A stretch of DNA of 64,000 bases. Origin: Vitrella brassicaformis CCMP3155. Taxonomy: Eukaryota; Protista; Chromerida. Made by a program: the position numbers and the translations under genes. Under the pieces are notes generated by a model that was not told the origin of the DNA, made no database searches, and was given only the letters and a program-made list of their open reading frames with translations. The first letter of the stretch is position 1; the number at the start of each line of letters is the position of its first letter. This document shows positions 36,584-49,313 of the stretch, piece by piece. The stretch covers positions 1 to 64,000 of the forward strand of contig CDMY01000840.1 in the NCBI GenBank assembly GCA_001179505.1, read 5' to 3'.

Positions 36584-37500
36584 ATGATGATCGATCCAAC
36601 CCCGACCACGCATGCGTGGACAGCCGGCGGGCCGAGAGGACCATCCCAGGTGGTCAATGGAGTCGGAGGCCAGCCATCCCCCCGTGCCAGCGGTGCGCCA
36701 GAGGCCCAGGGAGACTTCCCCGCTCTCTCCGGCTCCCCCGCCTCGCCCGATGCATCCGACCGCATCGAGCGGCTCAACTCACAGGGCAGCGCGTGGAGCC
36801 GCGGGCCATCGTTTCTCCACCACGGCAACGGCGAGGGCGAGGAGGGCGGCGGCGGTGGTGAGCGTGCGGGCCAGGGCGTCCCCGCCCACTCGCGCAGTGA
36901 GCTGTACGAAATGATTCGTTGTGTTGACCGAAACGAGGAGGACCGGCTGCCGTACCACGACCAAATCAACTGCGAGATCCATCGGCCGGAGGGCCTCCGG
37001 CATCGCAAGGACGCGGGATTCCTGTACCAGTACACGGCCCCCAGAGACCGCGACAGAGGCGGTGAGTGAGGGGGATGGATGACACAACACAACACACCAC
37101 ACCGAACCACATCAAACCACAACGCAACACACTTTTACTGATGCTCCATTGGTCCGTCAGACCGCCGCGGTCCAGGTCCCCGTCGTGAGCGCATAGAGTA
37201 CGATGAGGGCGAACACCACGAGGAGCACGAAGGCATGGACAGAGACAGAGACCTCAGGCCAAGGTACACACACACACATACACACACAGAGGAGAGAGAG
37301 ATAGACCTAGGTTGTGTTTGTGTCTGTCTGTGTGCATCCATCAGGGGTCCTCCACGTCGTGAGGCCAGCGGTGAGGAGGAGGACCGCAACCGTGACCGCC
37401 TGGGCAGCCGCCCATACGAGCAAGACCGAGACCGCCGACCGCTGGGCCCGCCGGGCATGGCTGCCAGCGACGGGACCGAGGAGCAGAGATGGAACTGGCG
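36584..37500 (+). CDS. Family member B (5' part; runs into the gap)
   Basis: Exons 36584-37061, 37161-~37263 and ~37344-gap. It carries the module SRSELYEMIRCVDRNEEDRLPYHDQINCEIHRPEGLRHRKDAGFLYQYTAP and a GMDRDRD segment like family member A. Confidence 0.55.
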
Positions 37501-37800
37501 NNNNNNNNNNNNNNNNNNNNNNNNNNNNNNNNNNNNNNNNNNNNNNNNNNNNNNNNNNNNNNNNNNNNNNNNNNNNNNNNNNNNNNNNNNNNNNNNNNNN
37601 NNNNNNNNNNNNNNNNNNNNNNNNNNNNNNNNNNNNNNNNNNNNNNNNNNNNNNNNNNNNNNNNNNNNNNNNNNNNNNNNNNNNNNNNNNNNNNNNNNNN
37701 NNNNNNNNNNNNNNNNNNNNNNNNNNNNNNNNNNNNNNNNNNNNNNNNNNNNNNNNNNNNNNNNNNNNNNNNNNNNNNNNNNNNNNNNNNNNNNNNNNNN
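37501..37800. other. Assembly gap (300 N)
   Basis: Run of N. Confidence 1.
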
Positions 37801-39812
37801 CCGGCTCCCCCGCCTCGCCCGATGCATCCGACCGCATCGAGCGGCTCAACTCACAGGGCAGCGCGTGGAGCCGCGGGCCATCGTTTCTCCACCACGGCAA
37901 CGGCGAGGGCGAGGAGGGCGGCGGCGGTGGTGAGCGTGCGGGCCAGGGCGTCGTCTCCTACTCGCGCAGTGAGCTGTACGAGTTGATTTGCTGCGTTGAC
38001 CGAGACGAGGAGGGCCGGCTGCCGTACCACGACCAAATCAGCTGCGAGATCCACCGGCCGGAGGGCCTTCGGCATCCCAAGGACGCGGGATTCCTGTACC
38101 AGTACACGGCCCCCAAGGACCGCGACAGAGACGGTGAGGAAGGGCGACGGATGGCTGACACCACACACCACACAATGACCATTGTGTGTGTGTCCATCTG
38201 TCTCACTGTGTCCGTGTATGTGTGTGTGTGTGGTCTCTCAGACTACCGAGCTGGCGGTGGTGGTGTCCTTGCTGCTGCACCCACCCCGGCCCCGGCCCCC
38301 GCTTCCCCACAAGCACTTGAGCAGCCATGCTCGTCTGCGTCAGCATCAGCTGCACTTTATCGCATGGCGCCTGAGACGGCCGTGCCCGTCTCAGCCAGCC
38401 AGGAGCCCGCTGAGCCGCCAGCAGCCAAGGATTCCCCACCCCCGCCAGTCAGCAGGAGACAGGTCAGTCGAGCTGTGGGTGTCATCCACACCGCTCTGGG
38501 AGGAGGAGGCAGGCCGCGCGAAGGCACACAGCAAGGTAGTGCTGGTGAAGGGCGTCAGCGTCGCGAGAGGCCGGGGGGAGGGAAACGGGATGGAGGTCGA
38601 GGGAGACACAAGAGGCCCGACACCGCTCAAGACAATATCAATGAGGCCGCCAACGACGGTTCCTCTGCTTCTGCTTCTGCGGCTGCTGCGTCATCGTCTA
38701 CTCAGCCAGCGCCGGCAGAGTCCCCGCCTGTCCGTCACGAAGGCCCAAAGTCGCAGCAGCAGCAGCAGCGGCAGCACCGTGAGACCGCACCGACCCCCAG
38801 CCCCGCGGTTCCCAGCGGGCCCCCACTCGAGCAGCCGACCAGTCGGCACGTCGGCAAAGGGAAACGGGCCAGCGGTGATCAGACGGGCGGCACGGATGGG
38901 CCCCACGATCGAGATGAGAGGGAGAGGCCGCCGACTAGAGAGAAGCCTCAGTGTCGGGGCAAGAAGAGAACCAGTGACGCTGGGAAGGGCAGTGGGCCAG
39001 GAGGAGGCGACCGCAGGCGCGACAGGGAAAGGGACAAGGTCAAGGAGAGGGACAGGAAGGGGGGCAACCATCACCACAACCATGTGTCAGCACCGTCAGG
39101 ACCATCGTCGTCATCTGCAGCACCAGCACCCCAAGCACCCCCAGCAGCCGCGGCGGCAGCTGTGCTCAGGCCCCCCAAGGCAGAGGAGAGGCTACCCAGC
39201 CCGCCGCCCACTCTCAGGAGCGCCACCGAGCCACTCGACCGAGCCGACAACAGCGGTCAGGACAATGTCGGCAAGGAGGGCGCCTCAGGAGGGGGCGGCC
39301 GAAGGGACGACAGGGAGAGCGAGAGGGTGGCAGCCCCCCACAAAGCGCAACGGCAGCAGCAGCAGACCACCCCCACGCCCACTCCTGCACTGGTCGTGCG
39401 GATGGCCCCCCTGCCGCAGCACACGACGCTCCCCGTCCCCGCACTCATGCCGCAGAATCCCCCCTTCGAGGCCTGGACGGCGGTGCTGGTGCCGCTGCCG
39501 CATGCCGAGGGGGGGTTCACGGGCTGGCGGCGCAACACCAGGAGCGGGGAGTGGGAGCTGTGGGAGCGGAGGGGAGGGAGGTGGGAGTGGGACCCAGTGT
39601 GCGGTGAGTGGGTGAGGAGTGCTGCCGGCCGATGGGCGCTGTGGGAGGTGCGGAGCGAGGCCCAAGACGCCAATACCCGCCTCCTCTCCGTCCTCTCAAG
39701 TGCGGCAGTGGCCTTTGACGACGCCGGGGCGGCCATTAAGAGGGCGGCAGAGGAGGCGGGTGCCTGGATAGCCACCACCATGACACAGCTTTTCGGGTGC
39801 GGCGGGCAGTGA
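37801..39812 (+). CDS. Family member C (3' part; starts in the gap)
   Basis: Exons 37801-38133 and 38242-39812 are in frame. The first exon is a diverged copy of 36729-37061. The C-terminus ...AAIKRAAEEAGAWIATTMTQLFGCGGQ* is shared with member A. Confidence 0.65.
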
Positions 39813-39819
39813 CGCCCAC

Positions 39820-42800
39820 GCACCCAAGGACCTCGAGGACGTGGCCGCCAGGATCCCCTCGCCTCAGAACCACGGCGGCGTGTGGGACGAGCTCACGACC
39901 ATCGAGGAGCCAGCGGCCATCCCAGGGGCCGACCGGCCCGCGGACCTGGCGGCACGTGTGTCGGCGGCGACGTGGTTAGTGTACTGTACCTGTGGGAGAT
40001 CCACCGAGTCAACCGGCTGGCAGCACCATCACGGAGGTTTTGACACCCTGCCGTCCGTCATAGCAGACATGCCATGCCGGCCGCAGACTGGCTAGACATG
40101 TTGGGCGTCATACTCGCCGAAGGTAGCCACCCAACCAACAAGCGGCACACACAGCAGACAGACAGCCAGACAGCCAGACATCCCAAGACGGGATGGAGCC
40201 AACGTCTCCTGTTGCACTGCCTGGCTGCAGGTTACATATCTGAGGGTTGTTCGTGTCGAGAGGGTATGCGTCGACTGGGAGACGTGGTGGTCAAAGGAAT
40301 TCGCCAGCAGACGCGATGTGAGGTGTGAGCCATATCCCGTGCAGTCAGCCTCAGTACGCACCTGATGCCGACTGACTGACTGACTAACTGCCAGCTCTGC
40401 TGTGCTGTGCTGTGCTCTGCTGTGTGTGGCCACAGGTCTGTAGTACATGTACACGGTCGTCTGTATTCGATTGCCAAGGCCCCCAATCTCGGTGAGATGC
40501 CCGAGATTCATCTGCCGGGGGGCGATGAGGGCGGGAAGCCCGGCCTTCTCGCTCGTACGTGTCAGCAACGAGACCCTGGGCAACGGTCGCGGCGTGCCGT
40601 TGTTGTTCAGCCCGTGTCAGTGGGTGTGTCGGCTGGAGGTCATGGTGTACCCTGGTGGTGAGGGCCGCAAGGATGACTTCTACCTGTCCAAGCAGGAGGG
40701 CGGGCGGCCAGCAGAGTGGCCTACTGGCACGCCACCGCACCCTTCGTCAAGACGGCGTCCCGTGCTTAACTGCAGCCTCTGGTGCCCTACTGCAAGCACT
40801 GCAGCACCGAGGGCCTGACCACCGTCAGAGACGCCATCCCATCGCTCAGTGCGCAGCTGCAGCAGGCACGCTTGTCGAGTCGGCCGACAGCTCGCCTCAC
40901 ACAGACGTGCCCACATCGGCGGCAGAGTCCGCAGCGGCCCCGGCGCCCCGGGCGGCATGGACGGCAGACGGCTCACGGAGAGCCTCTCATGGATCTCGCC
41001 CACACGGGTTTTGCTGGACGGCCTCAGTGCCATGATCGAAGTCATTCCGGTCTACGCCAAGACGCAGGACAACATCGGTTCTGCCAAGGCAGCGCTGCCC
41101 CCGCCCACCACTCATGCAGCAGCGGTCAACGGGTCGACATCGGCAGCATCCCGTTCGTGATCACGGCGACCGTCTGCTGGATCTGGTGCTCACGACGGAT
41201 CTTTCTGGTTCCAATTCGGTGGAGTGGCTGCTGGAGGTGAGGCAGCTGGAGGTGGTCTCCTGCCTGGCGTGGCAGCTCAACTACTCGACGCAGCACGCGC
41301 AGGCCGTCGTGCAGTGCGTCGTGACCACCAGCAGCCCGCCAAAATGTGTTCGAGCCCCTGCCGCTCAACTCCCGCACGTACGTCATGTCCACCAGGTCCA
41401 CTTCGCTCCACCCCCCAAACACTGCCATCTCCGTGGCCACCACCTTCCCCTCGTCCTTCTTCAACCCGTCACGCGCCTCATTGCTTCGCTCCTCCCAGCG
41501 GCGCTCATCCCTCCATGTGCCCCCTCTCACGGTCCGTGGGGGCCGGTCTGCACGATTGTCGGCGTTTGCGGCTGGGCTTAGGATAGCAGCCTTGTCAGGC
41601 ACATCTCGGTGCCGTCGGTCAAGTGGCAGAACCTGCAGGGTGAGGTTAAGATGCTGGCGGGGCTAGTAGCGAGTTTGCAGGAGACGGTGGGGGCCAACGA
41701 GATGGTCACGGCAGCACAGAAGCAGACAGGAGCGAGGTAGGCACATCAATGCCCTCTCTGAGTGTGTGTATACCATCCCTCGTCTCTGTCTCTGTGTGCT
41801 GTGTTGCCTTAGGTGGCAGAGCTTGTTGAGTCAATGACTCGTCATTTGATTGACGTGTGGCCCCTCTCAAAGCTGCCGGCCACAGATGAGGTCCTCGTGG
41901 CATACAAAGCTGCACACGGCCACGACGTAACCAGAGGCCTTCAACCAAGTTCCAACAAGACCTCGCCAACGCACTGCCGCCCGGCCCAGCAACCGAGCCC
42001 CGTGCGCCACAAAGGAAAACATCTGTCATGCTACGTGCCAGTGGGAAGCCGCCCACAGCTGTTCCCGATGCTGCCTTGGCGGTGACATCGGAGGAGAGCT
42101 CTCAGGGCCCTTGTCAGGTACGTGTGCACACGCAGACCACCCCTGTGTGCCATCAATCCATCCATCCATGTGTGTATGTGTGGTGCAGGCGTTCCGCACC
42201 CAGGCCGACAAGGCGAAGGTCGATAGCTCTGCGGCGAATGTGTACCTGTGCCCGCCGCTGCACGAGAGTTTCCAGCTGCTGTCCCAGCTGCTCATCCCGC
42301 CCTCGGCTGACCTGCTGCAGAGCTACCGGGACGCAATGCCGGCCAAGGGGCAGGACGACGTGCGGCGGAGGTATCTGCTGGAGATACTTGCACCAAACTA
42401 CAGAGCCGCCATGGTCAGCACACTCCCTCACACACAGAGAAGGCCAGGAATACCGAGTAGTGTGGGTGTGTCTATGGTGTGTGTGGTGTGCAGGCCACGT
42501 GATGGGAGTGTGACGTTCAGCCACACCTCGACCATTCAGGCAGGATCTGCCCATCAGCTTCCTCTGTACCGTTAAGCAGCGGGAGAGGGAGGGAGGCGGC
42601 AGGGGCCATGCTCATCAAACACCTGGGGCCACGACGGTTGATACAGGCGACCTTCAGAGGGTACGTGAGGCAGCGCTGGAGGCACCAGGCAATGGCTCAT
42701 GTGTGTGTCTCCTGTGTGTGTGCCTTGGCAGGTGGGCCATGTCAGTCGTCCGAGCCAGCCCACGATGGGCGGGGGAAGGCCGTTCCGGCCGTATCCCGTC

Positions 42801-44670
42801 CATCACAGATGGCTCAGGACAACACACATGCCCTCCCTCTGGTCTGGTTGCCCAGCAGCGCTCTACCTTCATCTATGACCACTCGAGCGCCTGTGAGGTC
42901 GGCCACAGACTCGTCACACACGACAGCAGCCAGCTGGATGGCGCCCTGGTCGAGCGCGTGCACTTCTTCGGCTACACGCTGTTCCGCGAGGCCAGCAGCC
43001 GGCAGTGGCAGAGGTGGATCCCGAAGCAGAGGGCATCGGTCAAGGCGGTGCTGCTGTCCTACCCCAGTCAGCTGCCGGCCGATTGTCTTCGATCACCAAC
43101 TGTGCAGCAACAGTGTGCAGTGGCTCTGTCTGAGGTCGCGCGGCGGGAGTGGCCCCAGTGCTGGCAGGAGCTGATGCCGAACCTCCTCAATGCCGGTCAG
43201 CGCGACGAACAGACAAACAACCTGCCTGTCTGTCTCTCTGCATCTTCGTCTGCCTGTGTGCAGGTCGCACGAATGCCGCCCACGCGATCATCGTGATAGC
43301 CGTGATCCGCGAGCTGGCGCAGGAGTGCAGCAATGAGTCGACCCGTGGTCTGCCGCAGCGATGGCGGCTGGAGATCGTCAGCGGACTGCATTAGGTGTCC
43401 AACGACATATTCAACACCACCAGAGTGTACCTGACCTCACTGGGGCAGGAGGGCGGCGAGGCACTGCTCAGGGCGGCATCCGAGATCTTCAGGTGAGTGA
43501 GACAAGGCTGCGAAGGGCACGCCCCTAGGTGTAATGGTGTGTTGTGTGTCATGTGGATGCGTCAGGGATCTCTCTCAGGTGGTGTCGGTGAGTCGGCTGG
43601 TCGAGCTGCAGGTGGATGAGTTCCTCTCGTCCAACCTCAGCAAGTCAGACGCGTGCAGGAAGGTACGTGTGTGTCCCCATAAACCATGACGCCACATCCA
43701 CACTGATCTGTTGCTTTGTTCCCCTTCTCTCAGACAGCGCTGTCTCTCAGACAGCGCTGCAGACGTTCTCGACATTGGCGAGTGAGGTCGCCCGGCGGGA
43801 GAACAAGAACCGGCCTGCCAACGACATTGCCTGGAGCACCTCAACCGACTCACCATCAAGATCGCCGGATTCGCACACGCTGCGCTGCCGCCACCGCCAC
43901 CCGCACCATACACAGCTGAGGTACACTCATGGAGAGACAGGCACACTCAGTGGTGGTCGATCATTATGTGTTGTGTTGTGTTGTGTTGTCGTGTGGTTGG
44001 GTGTGTGTCAGATGAACGAGGTTGCGATGCAGGTGGCGTACATCCTGAGTGAGTTCCTGGAGACGTCAGGTGAGGTGCTGCTGCAGAGGCTCCCCGCCGA
44101 CACGATCGCCGTGCTGTGGCGGCATGGTGTGGTCCGTCTGATGCGTAACGCGTCGATGGACCTGGTGGCTGCGGTGCTGCGCGGAGCGGCCATGTGCACC
44201 AAACAGCTCGGACTGTGGGCCAAGTTGATATGTGCGACCTTCAGAGGGTACGTGAGGGAGCCTGGAGGCACCAGGCAACGGCTCATGTGTGTGTCTCCTG
44301 TGTGTGTGCCTTGGCAGGTGGGCCATGTGAGTCGTCCGAGCCAGCCCACGATGGGCGGGGGAAGGCCGTTCCGGCCGTATCCCGTCCATCACAGATGGCT
44401 CAGGACAACACACATGCCCTCCCTCTGGTCTGGTTGCCGAGCAGCGCTCTACCTCCATCTACGACCACTCGAGCGCCTGTGAGATGGCCCACAGACTCGT
44501 CACACACGACGGCAGCCAGCTGGATGGCGCCCTGGTCGAGCGCGTGCACTTCTTCGGCCACATGCTGTTCCGCGAGGCCAGCAGCCGGCAGTGGCAGAGG
44601 TGGACGCCGGGGCAGAGGGCATCGGTCAAGTCGGTGCTGCTGTCCTACCCCACTCGGCTGCCGGCCGATC
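39820..44670 (+). pseudogene. Mosaic of gene fragments (right copy) including a MATH-like remnant and exportin-5-like exons
   Basis: Exon-like blocks with frameshifts and stops; homologous to 3390-6650 with reciprocal indels. Confidence 0.7.
42730..44250 (+). pseudogene. Exportin-5/importin-beta-family N-terminal region (IBN_N and Xpo1-like), inactivated
   Basis: ERVHFFGYTLFREASSRQWQRW...CAVALSEVARREWPQCWQELMPNL resembles the XPO5 pattern (RHFGLQIL..RW..IKREWPQHW). An in-frame TAG at ~43391 (GLH*VSND) interrupts an otherwise spliceable exon series. Confidence 0.7.
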
Positions 44671-46974
44671 AACGGTGTGTAAGCACACCAGACCAATCAT
44701 GTCGGAGTGTCGGTGTAGACGTTGGCATTTCCTGCTGGGCACTTTCTGGTTGCGTGACTGACTTATTTGTGAATGACTTTTCATGCAATTTTCCCGTCTG
44801 TCTTTGTTTTTCTGACCTGACCTGACTTGACCTGACCTGTTCTAGCCAGGCGTCCCGTCCACCGAGAGAGGAGAACAGCCGTTTGTTTGTTGTGTGCTTT
44901 GGACCAGCCAGGTGTTTTCATGTTCAGAGAGACACACACACACCATACACTTACTTACTTGGCACGGACACGACTGACTGACTGACTGCCTGTCTGGCTG
45001 GCTACATGCCGGCCATGCATATGCACTAGTGACACTCATCTGATCCCACTCACTCACTCACTGACTGACTGACTTTCTCGTGATGGTACGTACGTCAATG
45101 TGCGTGTCCGCGTGTGTGTGTGTGTGTGTGTGTAAGGATCACTTACTACCTCCCAGGCAGGCAGGCAACCACGCAGGCATCACACTCGCTCCACACACCA
45201 GGCGCGTTGGCACGCAGGTGTTTTGCCCTTACTTGCGGGAGTGCACTTCCTCCGCATCCGACTCACTTTGCCGTCCATCCGTGCTGTTGCGGGTTTTGCC
45301 GACACCAGCCGTCCGTACTCGGCATCGCTCTCCTTTTCCCATCCCGACGTACGCCGTACGTCGGCGGCACGGCAGCCATTTTAGTATTGGTGTGACAACT
45401 TGGCTCTCTGTATGTGTGTGTCCTTGGCCACCTCATGTGTGTGTGTGTGTGTGTTTGTGTGGTCCTTCATTTTTCATAGCTGCCGCTGACAGCGCACTGT
45501 CCGTCCGCACTGTTCGCCGTCACCTGTTTGCAGTGCATCACCCCATCAGCTGTACTCGCACCCATCACTGACCCCATCAGCTGTGTGTTTGTATGCACGT
45601 GCCCGACTTCTCATGCAGTGCAGGGGCTGCTCGGGTGTTCTGGTGTGTGTGTGTGTGTGTAAGGAGCACTCCTCCCTAGCAGGCAGGCAGGCAGGCAGGC
45701 AGGCAGCCACGCAGGCATCATACTCGCTCCACAGACGACCCGGCTCACTGCGGAATGGCATCCAGGTGTTTTGCCCCTCCGGCAGCGGATGTCCTCCGCG
45801 TCTGGCTGGTTTTGCCACACACAGGAGGGAGGAGCCCCCCTCACCCCCCTCTCCAGCATCGGTCGATCTAGTCGCATCCATGGTGTATGCGTGCATGTGT
45901 GTGTGTGTGTGTGTATGTGTGTGTAAGGCTGTACTTCCTAGCTCCCGGACAGCACAGGCAGGCATCGCACCCAGGCAGGCAGTCTCCACGCACCACCCTG
46001 CGCACCGCGAGTGTATGTACGCGGGTGTTGTCTTGTGCCCCTGCCGCAGCGCAGACCCCTCCGGAACTGACTGGTCTTGCCGCAGACAAGATGAGCCCAC
46101 CCCAGGCTGCTGCTGATTTGCTGAACTTGATCGCACCCATCCATCCATCCATCCATCATCTTGCTGCTAAGTGTGCATCTCCTGATGCAGTAGAGCTCGG
46201 TGCGCTGTTCTCGTGTTCGTTTGTTTCTGTCTGTCTGTGTGTCTGTCTGTCTGTCCCTATGCGTGCGTCTGTGTGTGTGTGTGTGTACGTCAGTCAGGTC
46301 GGTGGACACTTGCTTGTGTTGCTGTGTTCGTGTGAGTGTGTGTGTCCCTTCCCCGTGGATTTGTCCACGCCTCTGTGTCGTGCCGCTTCCGATGAGTATC
46401 TATCTCTCTCCTGCTTGGCACATTGCGGTTTGTTTCATCGATGAGCACTGATTGATTCGTGGCATGTCTTTATCGATGACATTCAATTTAGGTCAGTGAG
46501 TATGTATGCGTCCCTCCTTCGTCTGCACAATTAAGGTATGTGTGTACTGGTATGGTACACCACAGCACACCACAGCACAAGACGCGACGCAAGAATCCCC
46601 CGGCACAAAGCACCATGATGCCGTCCTGATGAGTCGAGATGAGATGAATGAATCACACGGGGGGATCAGTCAGCAAGTGGATGGATGGATGGATGGATGG
46701 ACGGATGTGTGTGTGTGTGTGTTCGGTGTGATTGATGCAGTCGTGCCCGCGAGGCTGGCGCCAAGTACCTCGATATGTTTGTTGTGGTGCGCTGGGGGCG
46801 GCCGTGGCGACCTTGAGGTGGCGGCCCTTCCTTGACACAACTGACGAGCGAAAGGTGCGCGCACGGCCAACCGACTCAACACACACGTGTTGTGTACCCG
46901 AGCACTTCCGTGTGTGTATGGATCTCTTGTACTTGTCTTCAGGGGCTACGCAAACGCCAACCATGACGTCGCTC

Positions 46975-47310
46975 CCTCCTCACGCACTACCCCCCCGACC
47001 CCCCCGTGCCACCTGTCGTCGACGTGGCCGCCGCACGTGTCGAGTCGAGCCAACAGAGAAAGGACAGCAAAGATGGCCATGAGAAGGTGCAGGGTGATCT
47101 TGCTGGTGCTGGTGATGGTGATCGGAACGGTCATAGAGGGGGACAGCAGCAGCAGCAGCAGCAGTTCTATGACTGCGACTAGAGACGGGACGGAAGGCGT
47201 TTGATAGAGTTGATAAAGGTGGCTGGATTGGCTAATCGGTTGGTCAATTTTTTGACGTGGCTAATTGGTTGGCTCGGCTCACCGCGAGCCGCCGCTGTCA
47301 GAGCATTTGT
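46975..47310 (+). pseudogene. Orphan copy of the last exon and 3' flank of a paralogue of the kinase at 23825-26269
   Basis: cactaccccccc.gacc...gtcgacgtggccgccgcacgtgtcgagtcgag.caacaga..aaggacagcaaagatggc...cagcagcag matches 26045-26310. No upstream kinase exons are present. Confidence 0.85.
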
Positions 47311-48059
47311 CACTCACCATTTATGTGTGCATGTTATGCATGCGTGTGTGTATGTATGCAATGTGAGTGTTATGCCTTGTGAGTGTTGGTTGCGTCGGGT
47401 GGACTGGACGAACGGTCCGGTGTGTACTGTACAGACCAGCAAGTCTTCGATGTCGAGGTTGACCACAGGCAGCCGAAGGAAGCGCGAGAGGCGCGATTAC
47501 ATGCCCCACCTACCTGTACTTCGCACCTCGATGGCCTGCTTCAGATGCGTGTGGTCGAACTTGACCTGTGTCGATGGTATCAAAATCATGCGTCGCTTCG
47601 TCCTACTTTTAGTCCGTGATATCAAGATTCGTCGGCCATCGATGCGTTCAGCAGCGTCGCAGCAGTCACGTGCACGCGAGTAAACATCCACCCACCATGA
47701 TTCACGTAGAGAGGGAATCACATACACACATGCAGCGTCCTCACCGACGAGTCGATATACGCGCGCACACACGCACTGAGGCCAAACCGTCGGCAGGCAG
47801 ACTGGACAACGATGCAGACCGTTTGCCGATAGTCACCCCACGACCAAACACGTACGTACTCTGCACAAGCAGGGGTTGAATGCACACACATCGAACAAGT
47901 GTCACGCACGCCGGCCGAAAAGCGTAGGCGAGATCCCCACGCACCATCGTCAGCAGCACACTCGCACACACACTTACACGCCGACGCAGAGAGAAAGAAT
48001 CGTCCGATAGAAATATGCCCCTCCCCCAGGGCCCCCTCATTCCCGCCTCGCTGTCTGTC

Positions 48060-49279
48060 TCATCCCTTGCGGCGGTCCCTCATATAGTCCTTCAGCTTTG
48101 ATCTCATCTGGGTGGCCTCGATGCGGGCGTAGTCCTGCATGGTCTTGTCCGTCTTGTCTGTGCCGGTGTTGGCGGCCTCCTTCCAGCACTGGAACGCGGC
48201 CTGGAGCTCCTGCAGGGCGCTCTGCACCGCTGGCTGCACCCAAACCTCGTCGATGATCTCCTGGCCAGACTTCCCCCTCTGCAGGGAGGCCCAGCCAGGG
48301 AGGAGACACACCAACACCACGTCACAGCACAGCACATTTGGGTGGATGAGTGCACACGCAGGGCTTACGTCGAATTTGCGTCTGATCTCTTCGCCGGCCT
48401 CCTCGTATCTTTCCTCGTCGATGAGCTGCAGGATAGGCTCCATGGCGGCCTGCTCGGATGGCGTCCGCTGCCCCATCCAATCCACCACACGGTCCTGCAC
48501 GCAGTTATGCACACACGTGAGACGGACCGGCTGGCTCTTCATCTCTCAGCTGTGCGTTACCGCTATTGAGGGCCTTGTGCTGTCCTCTGCAGCGCCATCC
48601 TGCTGCGGCGCCGACCCACCATCAGTCACCTCCACGCTGCCATCACCCTGCAAATGCCAATCTTGTGTGTGCAACTGCTGTGACGAATGTGTGTCAGCAG
48701 GCTGACCATACTATCCGTGTGTCCGGCCTCGTGCTCCTCGCCGCCGTCGGCCTCCTCAACCTTAACACCCAACACCTAGCGGGCGCCCACACACCGACAC
48801 ACAGGGCGTGTGAGAGTGGCTTGGGAGGAACGTCCGTCTCTCGCTCGCCCACCCCCCCCCGCCCCCCAACCCACCCACCTCCTTCTTTGCTATGCGGTCC
48901 TGCAGGGCCTTCTGCACCGAGGCTAACAACTCGTGGTTCGACACCTGATGGCATGGCATACCATGGATGGATGGATGGATGGATGGACACAAACCGACAA
49001 TGAAGACACACAATGAAAAGTCACATTGTGTGTCTTCATTGACTAATGGCCCACTTACTCGGCTGATGTCCTGCAGCTCGATGTCGGTCTGCGCGTAGAC
49101 GTCACGACGGGACTGATAGAGACGTCAATGATTGATGCATCATCGCGTGTCTGTGTGCGTGCGTGTGTATGTATGTGTGCACCTAGTCACCTTTTTGTTG
49201 CATTCGGTTTCCTCCTCCTGCTCTATGGCCCGTTTGCTTCCGACACCAAGACTGCCACCAGCAACACCTGCAACATGAC

Positions 49280-49313
<34 letters not shown>

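Noticed and set aside
37135-37986. Long ORFs spanning the N run, including the 832-aa call
   Set aside because: These are artefacts of translating through the gap; the real structure is two spliced partial genes.
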